From an uncultured Rickettsiales bacterium (GTDB lineage: Bacteria > Pseudomonadota > Alphaproteobacteria > Rs-D84), in assembly GCA_900549365.1 (NCBI GenBank), contig UROD01000001.1, positions 1 to 47,778 of the forward strand: a stretch of DNA of 47,778 nt. The letters run 5' to 3'. Below are positions 7,818 through 17,781 of the stretch, piece by piece. The number at the start of each line of letters is the position of its first letter. Within the stretch, counting starts at the first letter, position 1. The notes under the pieces were generated by a model. It saw nothing but the letters and a program-made list of their open reading frames with translations, was not told the origin of the DNA and made no database searches. The position numbers and the translations under genes were made by a program.

Positions 7818-9593
7818 ATGAACCTGTTTGATTCGGCTTTTTTATGTCTGGATGTTGGCACGTCGGGTGTACGTGGTATGGGACATCGCGTGCGTGGTGG
7901 TCGCTTGGACAAATCCGCAATATTCAGCGTGGACAGTTTTGACACAGTTTTTGCAATAAATTCTGTTATTGCAGAATTGGAACGTATGGTCGGCGCACGA
8001 TTTGACAGCGCATATGTCACTGGTAATTTTGGCGCGTCTGGTTTTGATATGTCCGCAAAAAGCACAAAATGGAACGGCGAACACAAAATCACTGCATCAG
8101 ATGTTCGCGCACAGATTGAACAAATTTGTATTCCTGATGGTTATTTTCCAATGCATATTATACCGCTGCGATACGATACACCAACGGCGCGCAATATGGT
8201 ATCACCCGTTGGTTACACTGATCGCCAGTTAATATCAGCATTCGGCACAATTATGTATCAACGTGACGCATTTGAACGCGTGTCTGCGAAACTGCGCCAT
8301 GCACATATCTTGGCAAATGGTTTCTATGACCCACAATGGTTGCTGAACGCCACCCTGCGCCAGAAAAAACAGACCGTTATGTTTATTGATTTGGGCGCAG
8401 AATTTACATCTGCATCTATCTGGACGGATCGTGGGCCGGTATGGCATACCAAGATTCCATTGGGTGGTACACCAATATCATATGACATATCAGAAAAACT
8501 GCATATCGGATTTGATGATGCCGAACGCATCAAACGTGCGGTCGCATGTTTATATCCAAAAGAAATGGACCGGTTCACCCCCGCCGATACAGCATATGAA
8601 TTTTCACGTGGCGATATAAATGATATATTTTTACCGCATATGGTTGAAATCGTGGAACAAATCGCAACGGCATCAAATGGCGCAATTGCAAAATATCACC
8701 CAACTAAAATCATTCTGACTGGCGGCGGCGCAATGACCGACGGCGCAACAGAATTTATTGAAAACGCATTTTCTATACCAACCGAAAACATCGGTGCCGA
8801 TGCATCGGTACGCGCTCTGTCCGCATTTATCTGGAATGCAGAGGCCGCACATCGTGGCGCATATTTGGCACGACACGACCGATGGGCACGACGCTGGGCG
8901 CGCATTACAAAAATATTTCATCGCCCACAAAAACGCCGCACACAATTTATTCCAATTATGCCCAGCACCCTGTGCTTTAATATGCGCAAGCAATCAACGT
9001 ATTCAATGTTTCGTGCTGGCGGTATATCGATGATACATGTCGATATTATGGACGGATTTTACGTTGATCGTGTTGCCGGCGGAATACCAGAGTTAAAACT
9101 AATTCGCGCCCATACCGACGCACACCTGCACGTGCACCTGATGACCGAGAGTCCATCTGTCTGGGCGGCGGACGCTGTTGCAGCTGGTGCAAATACTGTA
9201 ATTATGTCAACAAACACATCTGGCCTGCGTGCGGCGGTACGTGGTGTACGCGCCGCCGGCGTACGTGCGGGCGTTGCAATAAACCCAGAAACATCGGTCG
9301 ACATCTTGAAACCAATCTTGCGCGATTTGGACGAAGTTATGATTATGACTGTGCGCCCTGGGGCGGCGGGGCAAGAGTTCCAAGCCGATTGTCTGAAAAA
9401 AATTGAAATCTTGGCGGCAACGCGTCGCCGCTATGGCCTGAAATTCAAAATATCTGTTGATGGTGGTATAAATGACCAGACGGCGCAAATGTGCTGGGCC
9501 GCTGGCGCAGATTTGTTGGTCAGTGGCTCATATCTGGCACGCAGTCCTGATTTCCCATTGGCGGTTCAAAGTTTACTGAAAAAACAAATATAA
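7818..9593 (+). CDS. ftsA: FtsA-like actin-fold protein fused in frame to a ribulose-phosphate 3-epimerase (Rpe)-like domain
   Basis: Residues 1-370 carry FtsA motifs: LDVGTSGV, FIDLGAEFTSASI, IPLGGTPISYDI, AERIKR, ILTGGGA. Residues from about 377 to 591 (8946-9593) align by eye to Rpe: IMPS.L, HVDIMDG.YV, HVHLM, INPET, MTVRPGAAGQEF, SVDGGI, AGADLLVSGS. There is no stop codon between the two parts. Confidence 0.65.
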   Translation: MNLFDSAFLCLDVGTSGVRGMGHRVRGGRLDKSAIFSVDSFDTVFAINSVIAELERMVGARFDSAYVTGNFGASGFDMSAKSTKWNGEHKITASDVRAQIEQICIPDGYFPMHIIPLRYDTPTARNMVSPVGYTDRQLISAFGTIMYQRDAFERVSAKLRHAHILANGFYDPQWLLNATLRQKKQTVMFIDLGAEFTSASIWTDRGPVWHTKIPLGGTPISYDISEKLHIGFDDAERIKRAVACLYPKEMDRFTPADTAYEFSRGDINDIFLPHMVEIVEQIATASNGAIAKYHPTKIILTGGGAMTDGATEFIENAFSIPTENIGADASVRALSAFIWNAEAAHRGAYLARHDRWARRWARITKIFHRPQKRRTQFIPIMPSTLCFNMRKQSTYSMFRAGGISMIHVDIMDGFYVDRVAGGIPELKLIRAHTDAHLHVHLMTESPSVWAADAVAAGANTVIMSTNTSGLRAAVRGVRAAGVRAGVAINPETSVDILKPILRDLDEVMIMTVRPGAAGQEFQADCLKKIEILAATRRRYGLKFKISVDGGINDQTAQMCWAAGADLLVSGSYLARSPDFPLAVQSLLKKQI

Positions 9594-9620
9594 AAAACGG
9601 GGCATACGCCCCGTTTTTTG
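9592..9620 (+). terminator. Rho-independent terminator (bidirectional shape)
   Basis: AAAAAA-CGGGGC-ATAC-GCCCCG-TTTTTT, immediately after the stop at 9591-9593. Confidence 0.8.
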
Positions 9621-9782
9621 AACACTGCGTTTTTCTGCAAATCTGTTCAGACCTGCATAGGGATGTGGTTCGGGACCTTGCGACACAAGGCCCATATACA
9701 CGATGTGTTCACATGCACTTGCAACTGCATAAATATTATTACGCATTGCGTGCGCCCGTGCCACAGGTTGGTTTTCCTAGAC

Positions 9783-10181
9783 CTATTTTACAACCAATTT
9801 GCGTCCCGCACCGTTTTCATTTAAATATATGTGTATTGTATCCGCCGGCAAAATGTCTGCTGCAATATCAGGCCATTCAATCAATGTAATATCATTTGCA
9901 ATCGCATACGGCAAACCAATTTCCACCAATTCCGACGCATCATTTATACGATACAGGTCAAAATGCGATATACCATCATAGTTCTGAACAATGGTAAATG
10001 TCGGACTGGGGACAACAGTATCCGCCCCACGCAAGGTCTGAATTATGGTACGCGCAATCTCGCTCTTGCCCATTCCTAAATCACCATGCAATGCCACACA
10101 TACCGGCGCACGCAAGGTTTTCGCAAATTCCCGCGCCCATTCGCGCGTTTGTTCAACACTGTTCAATAAATATTCTTTCAT
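9783..10181 (-). CDS. tsaE: tRNA t6A biosynthesis ATPase TsaE (YjeE)
   Basis: Motifs LHGDLGMGKSEIAR, SPTFTIVQNY, HFDLYRI, LIEWPD. Confidence 0.85.
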   Translation of the reverse strand: MKEYLLNSVEQTREWAREFAKTLRAPVCVALHGDLGMGKSEIARTIIQTLRGADTVVPSPTFTIVQNYDGISHFDLYRINDASELVEIGLPYAIANDITLIEWPDIAADILPADTIHIYLNENGAGRKLVVK

Positions 10182-10438
10182 CGCTGATTTTCACCCCCTA
10201 TTACTTGAACCATGGGCGTATATTCTGGCAATTTATATACATCAGTTTTTCCTGCCAGATAATCCAACATTTGACACGCACCTGCGGGCGTTCTGTATGG
10301 ACTGCGCACACGATACATCACACCTTTCACACGAACAATATAATCTGCGGCATACCAATCACGCCACAATTGCGAAATATATAATCCGTTTATTTGAATT
10401 ACTTCCTTGCGATTTATTTTGTCTGTTGTTTTTATCAT
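10178..10438 (-). CDS. Hypothetical 86-aa protein between uvrB and tsaE
   Basis: It starts 3 nt after the uvrB stop and overlaps the tsaE start by 4 nt. I recognise no motif in it. Confidence 0.4.
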   Translation of the reverse strand: MIKTTDKINRKEVIQINGLYISQLWRDWYAADYIVRVKGVMYRVRSPYRTPAGACQMLDYLAGKTDVYKLPEYTPMVQVIGGENQR

Positions 10439-10441
10439 TTT

Positions 10442-12454
10442 TTACTCCACTAATAACAAATCGTCTTCCAGTTTATGGATTGCATCACGCAATTCAGCGG
10501 CCGTTTCAAATTCCAGATTTTCTGCCGCAGTGCGCATCTTTTTAGTTAAATCTTTTATCTGCTTGCGAATACTGTCCGCATCCATAACGCCACCCGATTT
10601 ATCATACACAAAACGACGGGCTTTATCTGTCTTGTCTGTTTTTTCACCAACCTCTGCAAATACTGCCTTGGACACAGTTGTTGGCGTAATGCCATGCGCC
10701 GCATTATACGCCATTTGCTTTTCCCGACGTCGCGCCGTTTCGGTCAATGCCGCATTCATAGAATCTGTCATAACATCGGCATACAGAATCACACGCCCAT
10801 TTGCATTACGCGCCGCACGACCAATTGTCTGAATCAGCGAACGCGTCGACCGCAAGAATCCTTCTTTGTCCGCGTCCATAATTGCAACCAATTCGCATTC
10901 TGGCACGTCCAACCCTTCGCGCAACAAATTGATACCAACCAAGACATCATATTTGCCCAAACGCAAATCACGCAACAGTTCTATACGTTCCAACGTTTCA
11001 ATATCACTGTGCAGGTATTTTGCCCGAACGCCGTTTTCATTCAGATAATCAGTCAACTGCTCTGCCATCTTTTTGGTCAGTGTTGTAACCAACACGCGTC
11101 CAGACGTTTTCTTGATTTGTGCCAATAAATCGTCCACCTGATTTTCTGTTGGACGCACATCGCATTCTGGATCCAGCAATCCTGTTGGGCGAATAACCTG
11201 TTCGGCGACGATACCACCCGCCTGTGTCATTTCCCATTCTGCGGGCGTGGCCGATACAAATATTGTTTGCGGGCGCAATGCGTCCCATTCATCAAATGTC
11301 AATGGTCTGTTATCAATACATGCCGGCAGACGGAATCCATACTGCGACAGCGTTTCCTTGCGCGCACGGTCGCCCCGCGACATCGCCGAAATTTGTGGCA
11401 CAGTAACATGACTCTCGTCAATAAATAAAATCGCGTCGCGTGGCAAATATTCAAACAACGTTGGTGGTGGCATACCCGCCGCACGCCCCGACAGATACCG
11501 CGAATAGTTTTCAATCCCGCGACACGTACCCGTTGATTCCATCATTTCAATATCAAAATTCACGCGTTCGCGCAGACGCTGTTCCTCTATGTACTTCATA
11601 TTTTCATGAAAGTATTTCAGGCGTTCTTCTAAATCAGTTCTGATTTGTCCGATTGCCTGTAAAACACTGGGCATTGGGGTTGCATAGTGCGTATTTGGAT
11701 AGATTGCAATTCTGTCCAGTTTTTGTAATTTTGCCCCTGTCAAGGTATCAAATTCCCAAATTTCTTCGATTTCATCACCCCAGAATGACAGTTTCCACGC
11801 CCTGTCCTGTGAATGCGATGGGAATATGTCCAGCGTATCACCCCGCACGCGGAAATCACCACGTTCAAACGCCATATCATTACGTTTGTACTGAATATCA
11901 ACCAACGCATGCATTACATCGTTTTGGCCAATTTTGTCGCCCGCATGCAGAACCAATTTCATACCAGAATATTGTTCTGGCGACCCCATACCATAAATAG
12001 ACGACACAGATGACACAACAATAACATCGCGTTCTTCTAACATTGCGCGGGTTGCACTGTGCCGCATACGGTCCAACTGTTCGTTGATGGACGCGTCCTT
12101 GTCAATATATGTATCGGTGGTGGGCATATATGCCTCTGGCTGGTAATAATCATAGTACGACACAAAATATTCAACATGATTGTGTGGAAAAAATGATTTC
12201 ATTTCCGTGTACAACTGGGCCGCCAAGATTTTATTCGGTGCCATAATCAACGCCGGACGCGACAGTTCTGCAATCACATTTGCCATTGTGAATGTTTTCC
12301 CAGACCCAGTTACCCCCAATAAAACCTGACTGCGCCGACCATCGCGAACACCCGCCACCAAATCAGAAATTGCGGTCGGTTGGTCACCCATTGGGGCGTA
12401 ATTACTTTCCAGTGAAAATATGCTTTTTTTGTTCACACCATTATTGTAATTCAT
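10442..12454 (-). CDS. uvrB: Excinuclease ABC subunit B (UvrB)
   Basis: Motifs [15 protein letters not shown], and the C-terminal UVR domain ([15 protein letters not shown]). I place the start at ATG 12454 (MNYNNG..., 670 aa) rather than the 748-aa track ORF. Confidence 0.95.
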   Translation of the reverse strand: MNYNNGVNKKSIFSLESNYAPMGDQPTAISDLVAGVRDGRRSQVLLGVTGSGKTFTMANVIAELSRPALIMAPNKILAAQLYTEMKSFFPHNHVEYFVSYYDYYQPEAYMPTTDTYIDKDASINEQLDRMRHSATRAMLEERDVIVVSSVSSIYGMGSPEQYSGMKLVLHAGDKIGQNDVMHALVDIQYKRNDMAFERGDFRVRGDTLDIFPSHSQDRAWKLSFWGDEIEEIWEFDTLTGAKLQKLDRIAIYPNTHYATPMPSVLQAIGQIRTDLEERLKYFHENMKYIEEQRLRERVNFDIEMMESTGTCRGIENYSRYLSGRAAGMPPPTLFEYLPRDAILFIDESHVTVPQISAMSRGDRARKETLSQYGFRLPACIDNRPLTFDEWDALRPQTIFVSATPAEWEMTQAGGIVAEQVIRPTGLLDPECDVRPTENQVDDLLAQIKKTSGRVLVTTLTKKMAEQLTDYLNENGVRAKYLHSDIETLERIELLRDLRLGKYDVLVGINLLREGLDVPECELVAIMDADKEGFLRSTRSLIQTIGRAARNANGRVILYADVMTDSMNAALTETARRREKQMAYNAAHGITPTTVSKAVFAEVGEKTDKTDKARRFVYDKSGGVMDADSIRKQIKDLTKKMRTAAENLEFETAAELRDAIHKLEDDLLLVE

Positions 12455-12482
12455 TATAATCAAATTACAAGGACAGAAGAGA

Positions 12483-14957
12483 ATGGCATTAAAACCCAGA
12501 TATAAACGCAGAATAATTTGGTCTGTGGTGACGATTGTTGCCGCTGTGATTGTGGCATTGGTCATAATTCCACCAATGATTACACTGGACGGTATGCGTG
12601 GAAAAATCGAACACGCGATTGAAACCCAGACCGGAATCACCGCACAAATCACAGGTAATGTGCATTTCAGTCTACTGGGGCGCGCCACAATCGTTGCGCA
12701 CGATGTCGTTATTCCAAATGGTCACATTGATGCGGTAATGTTTTCCATACCATTGACGCATATTTTCAATCTGGCAGATGCGCCATTATCTAACCGCATA
12801 ATTGTCGGTGGTGCAAAACTGGAAATCAGTTCTTTGGACGCCCCTGATTTTGTACATGCGGTTGATATATACGATTCCAATATTATTTTCAGTGGTAAAA
12901 ACTATGAAATACAGCGTGCAAAATTTATCAATGGTAAACTAAACGGTACTGTCCGCACACGTGACCACAAATACGATATAGAATTTGAAAATGACGAATT
13001 TATAATCCGTAATTATAACAACAATCTGGAAATTACAGGGCAACTGTTTTCAGACGGAACGGCACGTGGTCATCTGGACATAGAAACTGCAAACGTAAAC
13101 GAATGGTTTGAATTTAGCACACCGCGCATCAACAAAAAAATCAAACTGAGTATGGATTTTAATTGGGACGGTGGTTCTGGATTTGAATTTACGAATATTG
13201 AATCTGATAAATTCTCAGGCAGCATAAAATTATCGTCCGATGGTAATCGCGACATTCGCCTGCGTGCTACTGACCTGGATTATGATTTTTCATTCTTGAT
13301 GAATCCATCACGCCTGTATACGCGCACTATATTTGATTTGGATTTATATGGAAAATTGAAAATGGGTAACCAAACATTCAATCATCTGCGTTTGAATGCA
13401 ATCGGCACACACGATTTAATCCAGATATCAACAATCATCGCTGACGATGTTGCAATCACTGGTGGCACGATTGATGCAAATGGTGCGCATGATATATTGA
13501 TAAATATGCCGGTTGATGGTGTGCAAACAATGTGCCTGTTTTCTGGCACGCCAGATAAATGGACGTGTAACAAGTTTGCATACGGTAATATCGCTGGCAA
13601 TATCGCTGTTGACCAAGATTCATTTAACGCATTTATTTCCGCCGACGAAAATATGCCCGATGCTGATAAATTGATACGCGCGGTGCGCCGTCTGGGTACG
13701 CGTGGTGCATTGCATTTCAGATTCAAAAATATCGCCGGCACATTTGACATTGATGGGTCAAAGGTAAATTCATCATACACATTTGCACAAAATAAAAATC
13801 TGCGTTGGGCAATGCCGACGTTCAAATATCTGCCTGATTTTATGTTGGACGCGGCGGGCGATTTTACATGGAATGGCGCGATTATGAAATTCACACCATA
13901 TAACCAGAAATGGAACATCACAGTTGCAAAAAATCAATTCTATTTATCAGGAAAAAATTTCAAAGAATTATTGCCTGACGTAAATCTGCAATCTGTAAAT
14001 AATTTTGAATACACCATATCTGGAACATTTAACGACCGTAATATATCTAATCTGGAATTACGCATTGCAGACCATATATTTACCGGCACGGCCAGTGGTC
14101 GCAACATTACCCTGCGTACAGATACATTGAATATCGATGCGTTTGCAAACCAGTATTACATTGATAATTATGACGAATTGGAATTTTTGGGGCCATCGCC
14201 ATTGACTGTGCCATTTACATTACCTGTAAATATTTCACTGTCTGCTGATACGGTAATTTATAATGGCACAGAATATAAAAACTTTGTCTATGCCCTGAAA
14301 CCAAACACACAAATATTATCTATCACAGACCGCGCACGTGGCAACCTGTTGGCAACAATTTCACAAAACGATAACCAGTATGACATATCTGCCCAATTAA
14401 ATCGTTTTGTGATTGATGGATACCTGTTGTCGGGTCGTATGCCAATAAACATTCGTGATTCTGTAATTACCGCCGACATCAATATGAAAACCCACGGCAT
14501 AATTGCACACGACATATTCTATAATCTGACGGGTGACATTGATATGATTGTCGACGGGGGTTATTTGGTCGGATTAGGATTTGATGATTTTTATGCCGGC
14601 GCAAATCAAATCACATCATTCAATGCCGAATACGCATTGGCAGATGCATTGACCAGTGGCGAAACAAAAATCAAGAATATGCACATTGTCGGCAAATATG
14701 ATAACAGCGGTTTTATCACGTCGCGCCCACTGACACTGCAAATGCGGCACATTGATGCATACGGCGAATTTGATGTAGATAGCGGCAACATGACAGTTGT
14801 TTTTAATATGGTACTGCGCGGTACATCACCCACGCCCGCACCATTACGCCTGACCATTGCGCCCGACGGAACGCGTAATTATTCCCTGACCGATATTATG
14901 ACTAATTTTGACAGTGGATTTATGCGCAGTTTTGTAAAAACGCATTCGCAATTCTAG
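12483..14957 (+). CDS. AsmA-family outer-membrane biogenesis protein
   Basis: 824-aa ORF with an N-terminal TM anchor ([21 protein letters not shown]) and a long beta-rich periplasmic region of AsmA-like length and layout. Confidence 0.5.
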   Translation: MALKPRYKRRIIWSVVTIVAAVIVALVIIPPMITLDGMRGKIEHAIETQTGITAQITGNVHFSLLGRATIVAHDVVIPNGHIDAVMFSIPLTHIFNLADAPLSNRIIVGGAKLEISSLDAPDFVHAVDIYDSNIIFSGKNYEIQRAKFINGKLNGTVRTRDHKYDIEFENDEFIIRNYNNNLEITGQLFSDGTARGHLDIETANVNEWFEFSTPRINKKIKLSMDFNWDGGSGFEFTNIESDKFSGSIKLSSDGNRDIRLRATDLDYDFSFLMNPSRLYTRTIFDLDLYGKLKMGNQTFNHLRLNAIGTHDLIQISTIIADDVAITGGTIDANGAHDILINMPVDGVQTMCLFSGTPDKWTCNKFAYGNIAGNIAVDQDSFNAFISADENMPDADKLIRAVRRLGTRGALHFRFKNIAGTFDIDGSKVNSSYTFAQNKNLRWAMPTFKYLPDFMLDAAGDFTWNGAIMKFTPYNQKWNITVAKNQFYLSGKNFKELLPDVNLQSVNNFEYTISGTFNDRNISNLELRIADHIFTGTASGRNITLRTDTLNIDAFANQYYIDNYDELEFLGPSPLTVPFTLPVNISLSADTVIYNGTEYKNFVYALKPNTQILSITDRARGNLLATISQNDNQYDISAQLNRFVIDGYLLSGRMPINIRDSVITADINMKTHGIIAHDIFYNLTGDIDMIVDGGYLVGLGFDDFYAGANQITSFNAEYALADALTSGETKIKNMHIVGKYDNSGFITSRPLTLQMRHIDAYGEFDVDSGNMTVVFNMVLRGTSPTPAPLRLTIAPDGTRNYSLTDIMTNFDSGFMRSFVKTHSQF

Positions 14958-15325
14958 TGTAATTGTTCCGATATTGCGCGATGCGCAATGTCGGACGTAA
15001 TTATATTTCCGTATTTATCAGACCACAGTTTTCCATTATCTGTTCTGATGCAATGATAACCACCAGCGACCAATTTAACATTGCGTGATGCGCGCATCAG
15101 TATTTTGTCGCGCCCAATTAAATCCGCATACGGCGTGGCAAACGGATGCAACAACCTGTCCAATAAACTGCGTACACGATTGCGTGGCGCATACAGTACC
15201 CCACCCCGCAATACCAAATGGCAAACATCATATTTGCCATAGTTTTGTTTCAGTACATGCGTCTGATATTCATTCAACCCCAATGTGTACGCTAACTTAT
15301 CAATATCTGGTTTTACGCGTGGCAT
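14954..15325 (-). CDS. Hypothetical protein (123 aa)
   Basis: ATG at 15325 is preceded by GGGAGGCG. The longer track ORF would run through the aspS terminator. Confidence 0.45.
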   Translation of the reverse strand: MPRVKPDIDKLAYTLGLNEYQTHVLKQNYGKYDVCHLVLRGGVLYAPRNRVRSLLDRLLHPFATPYADLIGRDKILMRASRNVKLVAGGYHCIRTDNGKLWSDKYGNIITSDIAHRAISEQLH

Positions 15326-15404
15326 ATTACGCCTCCCACTTTTTTTATTATCTGTATATGAATTATACCCGCACCACGTCCATATTTTCATAGGTTTGAT
15401 TTCA

Positions 15405-15435
15405 CATAAAAAAACAGTCCGCATAACGCGGACTG
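15405..15435 (-). terminator. Rho-independent terminator of aspS
   Basis: On the minus strand: CAGTCCGC-GTTAT-GCGGACTG followed by TTTTTTT. Confidence 0.8.
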
Positions 15436-15456
15436 AATAAACATATAAAATTATGT

Positions 15457-17226
15457 TTAGTTTTTCTTGCGAACCTGAATATGGTCTTCGCGCAGTTGCT
15501 GTTCTGTAACTGGCGATGGTGACCCCATCATCAAATCCTGACCACGTTGGTTGGTTGGGAACAACACAACCTCGCGCAGGTTTGGTTCGCGGCGCATAAT
15601 TTGCACCAAGCGGTCAATACCAAACGCGCAACCGCCGTGTGGTGGTGCACCGTATTGGAACGCAGTGTACATTCCGCCGAACTTTTCTTTAACTGTTTCT
15701 TCGTCGTATCCAGTAATGTCAAAACATTTAACCATAATTTCTGGGTTAAAGTTACGCAAACCACCACTGCAAATTTCAGCACCGTTTAACACCATATCAA
15801 ATTGTGCCGCCTTGATAGACAGCGGGTCACGCGTATTCAATTCTTCTAATGTTGCCATCGGGAACGAGAATGGATTGTGCGTAAACGCGATACCCGTCGG
15901 TGATTCTGGGTCTGCTTCAAAGAATGGAAATTCTTCAATCCAGCACAGGCGGAAATCATTTTCGTCAATCAGGCCCAAATCTTCGCCCAATTTATTGCGC
16001 AGTTTGCCCGCCGCCTTGGCTGCGTTTTCCGCCGCATCACATACAAAGAACAACGATGCATTGTCGCCTGCAATTTCATGCAATTTTGCAATGCGTTCTG
16101 CGTCCAATTTCTTGGCAACTGGACCTTTGGCTTCGCCCGCAAAGACGATATAACCCAGTCCGCCCAATCCCAGTTCTTTGACCGCATATTCGCCCAGTTT
16201 ATCGAACCAGCTGCGTGGTTTGTCGGCGGAATTTGGTGCTGGGATTGCACGAACAATCGCACCATTTTCAATCGCGTTTGCAAAGATACCAAAATCAGAC
16301 CCGCGGAAAACGTCCGTCACATCTGAAATAATAATCGGGTTACGCAAATCTGGTTTATCAGAACCGTACTTTAACATCGCCTCGTCAAATGGAATGTGTG
16401 GAATGTCCGGACATACATTCGCATTTGGAACAAATTCACGAATGATTGCAGGAATCAGTTCATTACCCACCGCCTGAATATCCGGCAGGTCAACAAACGA
16501 CATTTCCATATCCAACTGGTAAAATTCCAGCAAGCGGTCTGCACGCAAATCTTCGTCACGGAAACATGGCGCAATTTGGAAATAACGGTCAAATCCAGAA
16601 ATCTGAATCAACTGTTTGAACTGCTGCGGTGCTTGTGGCAATGCATAGAACATACCATGATGATTACGTGATGGCACGATAAAGTCACGCGCGCCCTCTG
16701 GCGATGACACGGTCAAAATAGGTGTCTGAAATTCCGAGAATCCCATACCCCACATTTTATCACGCATAAATTTAATCATACGATTGCGGAACAAAATATT
16801 CTGGTGCAACGATTCACGACGCAAATCGATATAACGATATTTCAAACGTAAATCTTCGGAAACAGTGTCGTCGTCGCCAAACACTTGGAATGGCAAAACA
16901 TTCGCATTGGTCAAAACGTCCCACTTTTCCGCCTTGATTTCAATCGCACCGGTTGGGATTTTATCATTGACCGCGGACGCGTCACGCGCAACAACCGTAC
17001 CTGTAATTTGAATTACAGATTCCGGACGCACACGTTCCAATGCCTCGTCCCCACCGTCAAATACACACTGTGTAATTCCGTAATTATCGCGCAGGTCGAT
17101 AAACAGCAATGACCCATGGTCACGCTTGCGATGAACCCAGCCCGACAGAACAACAGATTGCCCAACATTGGACGCATTCAGTTCGCCACAAGTATGGGTT
17201 CTGTACTTTGATTTTAATGATACCAT
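15457..17226 (-). CDS. aspS: Aspartate--tRNA ligase
   Basis: 589 aa with class II motifs (FQIAPCFRDEDLRADR, GGLRNF, GAPPHGGCAFGIDRL) and the bacterial insertion domain. Confidence 0.95.
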   Translation of the reverse strand: MVSLKSKYRTHTCGELNASNVGQSVVLSGWVHRKRDHGSLLFIDLRDNYGITQCVFDGGDEALERVRPESVIQITGTVVARDASAVNDKIPTGAIEIKAEKWDVLTNANVLPFQVFGDDDTVSEDLRLKYRYIDLRRESLHQNILFRNRMIKFMRDKMWGMGFSEFQTPILTVSSPEGARDFIVPSRNHHGMFYALPQAPQQFKQLIQISGFDRYFQIAPCFRDEDLRADRLLEFYQLDMEMSFVDLPDIQAVGNELIPAIIREFVPNANVCPDIPHIPFDEAMLKYGSDKPDLRNPIIISDVTDVFRGSDFGIFANAIENGAIVRAIPAPNSADKPRSWFDKLGEYAVKELGLGGLGYIVFAGEAKGPVAKKLDAERIAKLHEIAGDNASLFFVCDAAENAAKAAGKLRNKLGEDLGLIDENDFRLCWIEEFPFFEADPESPTGIAFTHNPFSFPMATLEELNTRDPLSIKAAQFDMVLNGAEICSGGLRNFNPEIMVKCFDITGYDEETVKEKFGGMYTAFQYGAPPHGGCAFGIDRLVQIMRREPNLREVVLFPTNQRGQDLMMGSPSPVTEQQLREDHIQVRKKN

Positions 17227-17469
17227 TTTGGTCCCTTTTGCTTTGTCATGGACGCCAAAATTTCATCAGATAAGATTGAATTTGGCACCCGAATGATTTT
17301 TACAGGGGCGCGGAATCCGCGCGGTGCCACCCTGATTTATAACTTTGTCTGGGTTTTGATTATTCCGTGGTTGTCAGTCACATCAACACAATCGCGCCCA
17401 TAAAATTCTGTCAACGGCGAAACACATCATGAACAAAAACAAACAAACGCAAAGTAGATGATGCATTTC

Positions 17470-17543
17470 TGGTGCCCTAAGCAAGAATCGGACTTGCGAC
17501 TCGTCCTTACCAAGGACGTGTTTTACCACTAGACTATTAGGGC
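17470..17543 (-). tRNA. tRNA-Thr (anticodon GGT) with an atypical T-loop
   Basis: The reverse complement is GCCCTAATAGTCTAGTGGTAAAACACGTCCTTGGTAAGGACGAGTCGCAAGTCCGATTCTTGCTTAGGGCACCA. The anticodon loop is TTGGTAA. The T-loop reads TCCGATT instead of TTCGAAT, and the D-stem has one mismatch. Confidence 0.7.
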
Positions 17544-17608
17544 AACTTTACCATTGCCCCGCAATTATACGGTATTGCACCTAAAAATCAAGAACAAATA
17601 CGTAAAAT

Positions 17609-17637
17609 AAAAAACACCGGCAAACGCCGGTGTTTTC
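17609..17637. terminator. Hairpin terminator; left copy of a near-identical pair flanking the low-GC island
   Basis: AATAAAAAACACCGGC-AAAC-GCCGGTGTTTT. Compare with 21589-21618. Confidence 0.6.
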
Positions 17638-17781
17638 TTGTTATTCCAAACAACAATTTACCGCGTTTTTCACCCAGTTTTTCAGGCGCGACATTGTGCC
17701 TGTGCCGCCGGCGTACACCAGACCACAATACGTTGTATCCACCGCCGCTATGATTTGGTCGGTAATGATTTTTGATATAGG

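Noticed and set aside
12455-12688. 78-codon N-terminal extension of uvrB given by the ORF track (748 aa)
   Set aside because: The extension is hydrophobic and low-complexity, has no UvrB homology, and overlaps the asmA-like start. UvrB homology begins right after the internal ATG at 12454, which gives the canonical length of about 670 aa.
17227-17469. Structured leader or riboswitch upstream of aspS (nested stems TGGCACC...GGTGCCA around GCGCGGAATCCGCGC)
   Set aside because: It has no resemblance to a T-box or other riboswitch class that I know. It may simply be the tRNA-Thr terminator or processing hairpin. The evidence is insufficient.
17640-17781. Protein-like reading frame on the minus strand downstream of the Slam stop (IITDQIIAAVDTTYCGLVYAGGTGTMSRLKNWVKNAVNCCLE)
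   Set aside because: It has no start codon or SD other than an internal Met, which would give only 17 aa. It could be a gene remnant, but I cannot support it as a feature.
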